49,480 nucleotides of DNA from Candidatus Nanohaloarchaea archaeon. Lineage in GTDB: Archaea; Nanohalarchaeota; Nanosalinia; Nanosalinales; Nanosalinaceae. Positions 46,039 to 49,480 of the stretch are shown piece by piece. The notes under the pieces are model-generated. The model made no database searches, was not told the DNA's origin, and saw only the letters and a program-made list of their open reading frames with translations. Each line of letters opens with the position of its first letter. The stretch's first letter is position 1. The position numbers and the translations under genes are program-made. The DNA lies in assembly GCA_041640035.1 (NCBI GenBank), contig JBEQBC010000004.1:1-49480 (forward strand), in the 5' to 3' direction.

Positions 46039-47171
46039 TACTCAAACGAATGCTGAAAGAGCAGTACCGCATGCACGCGGACATGTACAAAGGCAGCTAC
46101 TTCAAACTCTTCCCACTAACAGTATTCCTTGTAACGGTTGCCACGCTTTACCCGTTCAGAATCTACTCCAACATTCCACAGGCCGATATCACAATCGGCT
46201 TGGCTGGTTTCGGAGCCGTACTCGGGATAGCCGCAGGATTAGTAGGCTTCAGCTCAAGAGAAGAGGCCCGCAACCTGATAGGAGACAGAAGCCTCCTCAT
46301 ATACACCTCAAGAACACTACCTGTCTCCAAGAAGAAACTGCTTGGACTATTCGTACTAAACGATGCAATATACTATAGCATAATGTTTGTGATTCCGCTT
46401 TTCGCAGGTTTCAGCGCAGCATACATGACTTTCGCGCCACTGGTCCTGCTCCAGGTATTCGGAGCGTTCCTTGCAGGAGCGTTTGTATCTCTGATTCTTG
46501 CGAGGACAGGTATAGAAATTCCATCGCTTTTCAAGACAACTTATACCAGTGAGAGAGGAGCTCTCACATCTAAGACAGTTCAGGATGTTTCAAGATCTGC
46601 TGGAGGAGTCTTCAAGATATTTGCTACACTTCTGCTGTTGACAGGTGCTTACTGGATGGCGGTTATCCATCTTCCTTTCGAGACGGTTTTCATGCAGAAC
46701 CCGCTCGTCACTTACAGCGTACTGCTGGGTATGAGCACTATCTCAGTTTACAACTGGGTTAACAGGTTCGATGATATATCTGACTATCTTCACCTACCTG
46801 TTGACAGGGAGATGGTTCTTCACGCGAAGCACCGTGCATTTGTCTTCCTGGCGTTCCCACTAACGACTTTGTTCCTTGTTGTATCCAGTATATACTACTC
46901 CGGAGCTCTCGGACTGGCTCTGCTTACACTTTACTCATCGATCTTCATCTCGTTGAGCCTGATCTCCTTCCTGACAGGTCTGAATCCGAACTCGGAGCTG
47001 TATGACTCCAAGGTGTTCATCGAGTATGTGATCCTGAACTCGTTGCTTCTGCTTCCTGTGGCAGTTGCAAGCATCCTGCTTGAATTTATAGGAGTGTATG
47101 TTTTCGTTGGTTTGACCGGTGTTTCGGTAGGTCTTTCAGGGGTTCTTCTTTGGAGGTCCCTGAAGGCTTGA
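46035..47171 (+). CDS. Multi-pass membrane protein, probable ABC permease
   Basis: About 10 TMs, two LPV motifs, ATGA overlap with the ATPase. Confidence 0.8.
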   Translation: MILKRMLKEQYRMHADMYKGSYFKLFPLTVFLVTVATLYPFRIYSNIPQADITIGLAGFGAVLGIAAGLVGFSSREEARNLIGDRSLLIYTSRTLPVSKKKLLGLFVLNDAIYYSIMFVIPLFAGFSAAYMTFAPLVLLQVFGAFLAGAFVSLILARTGIEIPSLFKTTYTSERGALTSKTVQDVSRSAGGVFKIFATLLLLTGAYWMAVIHLPFETVFMQNPLVTYSVLLGMSTISVYNWVNRFDDISDYLHLPVDREMVLHAKHRAFVFLAFPLTTLFLVVSSIYYSGALGLALLTLYSSIFISLSLISFLTGLNPNSELYDSKVFIEYVILNSLLLLPVAVASILLEFIGVYVFVGLTGVSVGLSGVLLWRSLKA

Positions 47172-47209
47172 AGTTATTTTTAATAACAGGCCTTTCGAAG
47201 TAATGAGTT

Positions 47210-47560
47210 ATGAGTCCAGATCAGGAGCAGCTTTATGTCAAACTTGATAACAAGCAACATCTGCAGGAAGACTTGGAGGATATCGATCAACTGGTATCCA
47301 ATATACATGAAGCTGTGGATATCCTGAACCGTATCAATTCTATCAAACATGAATCTATACAGAAAGTGAACCAGAACCTTGACCGTTTGAACGCCAAGAT
47401 GACTGATCTGAACCAGAAACTACCAGAGGTCCAGGATGGCGAGGTCAGCAAGCCACCGAAGGCAGAGATGCACAGCGATGTGGACCTAGATGACTCTGTA
47501 AACCAGTTGAATGATGAACTGAAGAATCTGCAGAGCGAGCTATCTCAACTGGACAACTAA
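47210..47560 (+). CDS. Coiled-coil hypothetical protein
   Basis: Heptad-rich 116-aa ORF with TATA-like TTTTTAATA about 25 nt upstream. Confidence 0.75.
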   Translation: MSPDQEQLYVKLDNKQHLQEDLEDIDQLVSNIHEAVDILNRINSIKHESIQKVNQNLDRLNAKMTDLNQKLPEVQDGEVSKPPKAEMHSDVDLDDSVNQLNDELKNLQSELSQLDN

Positions 47561-47757
47561 CTGTCAAAAAACGCTTTTCTTATCTCCTTACCCCGGACAG
47601 GAGAATCTTTATCTTCAGCTATATCTATCGCCTTCTCAAGTACTTCAGTACCTTCCTCTTCAAGGATGTTACCTAGGATATCTAGTGCTTCATCGGTTAT
47701 AACTACCTCTTCAGGATTATCGGCTTCTCTCTCAACTGAACTTATCGAAAAACTCAT
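47557..47757 (-). CDS. Divergent acidic archaeal histone-fold protein
   Basis: ITDEALDILGNILEEEGTEVLEKAIDIA...VRGKEIRKA aligns with HMf VSDDA...LAKILEE.G..IA.EA...A...I.AEDIELA. Confidence 0.75.
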   Translation of the reverse strand: MSFSISSVEREADNPEEVVITDEALDILGNILEEEGTEVLEKAIDIAEDKDSPVRGKEIRKAFFDS

Positions 47758-47806
47758 AACAAGAATTCATGTCCTCAAACATGTTAAATTGCACGGTTCT
47801 CTCCGG

Positions 47807-48412
47807 TTATCCTATCTCAATGCTAGGTCGTTCCACATGATAATCTTCCGGTTCCATGTCTAGACCTGATTCCTTGATCAACCGGTTGATGATATACTCG
47901 TTAAGATCAGTTATATCCCAGTTGACAGCCTGCTGATTTACAGGTACCACTCCCTGTGTTTCAAGATCTTCCGGTATTCCTGCCGGATCTATCACCCTTA
48001 GTTCGCTGTCTTCCTTCAGGATGAAGTTGCTTGCTCGGATATCTCCGTGAGGAACACTGGATTCCCTGATCTCTCTACCTAGGTTACTTGCCTGTTTCAG
48101 CATGTAATCTACATCATATTCATCTAAATCGTCTTTCATTACGGTCTCCAGGTTTCTGCCTTCCACATACTCCATGAAGTACCCTTCCGGATCGTCTACA
48201 ATTTTAACAGGTTCAACAACTAATCCTGGTGCGGTATCGTACAGTCGCTGCATAGAACTGTATTCGTCACTGATATCGGTGCTGTATCCTCCGGGTAGTT
48301 CGATTCCTTGCCTTGAATCAGCCGGCTTGAAGTACAGCGTATCGTGAGTTATATCAGAATCTGATAGAAAACGGTTTGCGTCCTCAAAACTTATTTTGCC
48401 TTTATCAAGCAT
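47807..48412 (-). CDS. Small protein-kinase-like protein (RIO/Bud32/Kdo-like fold)
   Basis: YFK, YFMEYVEG, PHGDIRASNF, VIDP. Confidence 0.8.
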   Translation of the reverse strand: MLDKGKISFEDANRFLSDSDITHDTLYFKPADSRQGIELPGGYSTDISDEYSSMQRLYDTAPGLVVEPVKIVDDPEGYFMEYVEGRNLETVMKDDLDEYDVDYMLKQASNLGREIRESSVPHGDIRASNFILKEDSELRVIDPAGIPEDLETQGVVPVNQQAVNWDITDLNEYIINRLIKESGLDMEPEDYHVERPSIEIG

Positions 48413-48440
48413 CTTTGTTTCATCTATAGAGTTAGGGTAT

Positions 48441-48515
48441 CGGACCCGGGGGGATTTGAACCCTCGACCTACCGGTTAGAAGCCGGTTGCTCTGTCCAGG
48501 CTGAGCTACGGGCCC
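48441..48515 (-). tRNA. tRNA-Arg (TCT)
   Basis: GGGCCCG/CGGGTCC acceptor, GCTC/GAGC D stem, ACCGG-CT-TCT-AA-CCGGT, TTCAAAT T loop; no intron, no CCA. Confidence 0.95.
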
Positions 48516-48538
48516 ACAATTATAATTTAAAATGTACT

Positions 48539-48715
48539 TTACAGGAAGATTCCTGCTAGTAGTGGTCTTGCGTGACCTATCATGACCAGTAGTCCTGTGC
48601 CTGCGCCCAGTCCTACGATTACCTTGGGGTCAAGATCGATGCCGGAATCGGCATCTGTGTACATCATCAGTCCTCCCTGTGAGGAGGGTAGCATGCCACC
48701 TTCTTCTTTCGCCAT
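48539..48715 (-). CDS. secG: Preprotein translocase Sec61beta/SecG
   Basis: MLPSSQGGLMMY.D...I.LDPK.IV followed by one TM; ATG at 48715. Confidence 0.88.
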   Translation of the reverse strand: MAKEEGGMLPSSQGGLMMYTDADSGIDLDPKVIVGLGAGTGLLVMIGHARPLLAGIFL

Positions 48716-48830
48716 ATCTAACACTTAACTGTAGCTTTTTTGAAACCCATAGTTAAATTCGGAGAAACCCTGTTTGAACCTGGAAAAAAGGGGTTACAGT
48801 CACATCCTCCCTTGCTCCCTGTTTTCAAAG

Positions 48831-49229
48831 CGGTTGGTAGTAAGCCCGATTCTGTTTCTACGACCTCATTTAACTCTGCCGCAGTTATCTGACTTTTCTG
48901 CGTGCGTTGCACAGCTTGGTGACTGCTTGCTCCGGAGTGCAAGGACAAGTCGCGTTTCAACCTTCGAAAAGGGATTGTTAACGGCTCACAATTTTTTGTT
49001 CATCTGCCTCATCCTATGTATCGAAGGTATCGTTTCTGATACCTGTCAAAAACTGTCTTCCAGCTACACAGCGTATTATGCTTGCTTATGCCAGGAAGAC
49101 ATTTTCCCGTTCTTTCAAACGACAGACTGTTCGTCTGCTGCACACACTCATTGAACCGTTAATGGTTCAACAGATCCCGGAGTCGGGACTTTCCTCACCG
49201 CATAACCGGCGAGAAAGGTCACACCAACA
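48831..49229 (-). ncRNA. rnpB: RNase P RNA
   Basis: GAGGAAAGTCC (49196-49186) and AACAGAATCGGGCTTA (48856-48841) form P4; P1 GTTGGTG/TACCAAC; P2 GACCT/AGGTC; about 400 nt. Confidence 0.92.
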
Positions 49230-49352
49230 CAACCCTGAAACAATCAAGGTTTGTAAGGGAGGATGTGTATCTCTAACAACACTAGAAATCGGTGACAAAG
49301 CTTTTAAAACAGAGTCATAGAGAGAAATTTGCTGTATAAGTCATGTTTGAGT

Positions 49353-49480
49353 ATGTCTAGAGGAGAAAGAAGTGAAGGTTTAATTAGATTCACAGAGACT
49401 TTGTTCCGGAACAGTCGACGAAAATACCAAATACAAGATGTTAAAACTCAAGCTGGTACCGTCCACATTACTGGAACCCA
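49353..49480 (+). CDS. Possible CDS start, truncated by window edge
   Basis: ATG 49353, frame open to the end: MSRGERSEGLIRFTETLFRNSRRKYQIQDVKTQAGTVHITGT. Confidence 0.4.
   Translation, partial: MSRGERSEGLIRFTETLFRNSRRKYQIQDVKTQAGTVHITGT

Noticed and set aside
48449-48466. A-C mismatch in the tRNA-Arg T stem as a sign of a pseudogene or editing
   Set aside because: Single mismatch in an otherwise canonical tRNA; commonly tolerated.
48718-49320. ORFs 48718..48960, 48774..49154, 49078..49320
   Set aside because: They overlap the RNase P RNA and have non-halophilic composition.

Overview
Ordinary-looking chromosomal segment of a small-genome halophilic archaeon, most consistent with Nanohaloarchaeota (DPANN). 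This is inferred from the acidic Glu/Asp-rich proteins, moderate GC, dense gene packing, TATA-box promoters and archaeal marker genes. Carbon metabolism genes: GH57, GT4, gap, fba, fbp. Cofactor and nucleotide genes: sufS, nnrD, nadM, thyX, glyA, tmk, dut. Information-processing genes: hel308, rqcH, smc-scpA-scpB, aspS, secG. RNA genes: two tRNAs (Pro-GGG, Arg-TCT), RNase P RNA and a box C/D sRNA. I saw no rRNA, CRISPR array or transposase. The best candidate for an undescribed system is the 17.1-27.9 kb locus. It encodes a Walker-A-less KaiC-like protein, a KaiC-like ATPase with a C2H2 zinc finger, a membrane protein with two C2H2 fingers, a 2213-aa lectin/Ig-repeat surface protein, and a stand-alone 7TM protein coupled to a small helical partner. 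A second 'membrane protein + helical partner' module lies at 3.5-4.5 kb. Other notable points are CTG/ATA start codons missed by the ORF track (nadM, thyX), an unusually short 851-aa SMC and a degenerate acidic histone. All family assignments come from motif recognition by eye; no searches were run.
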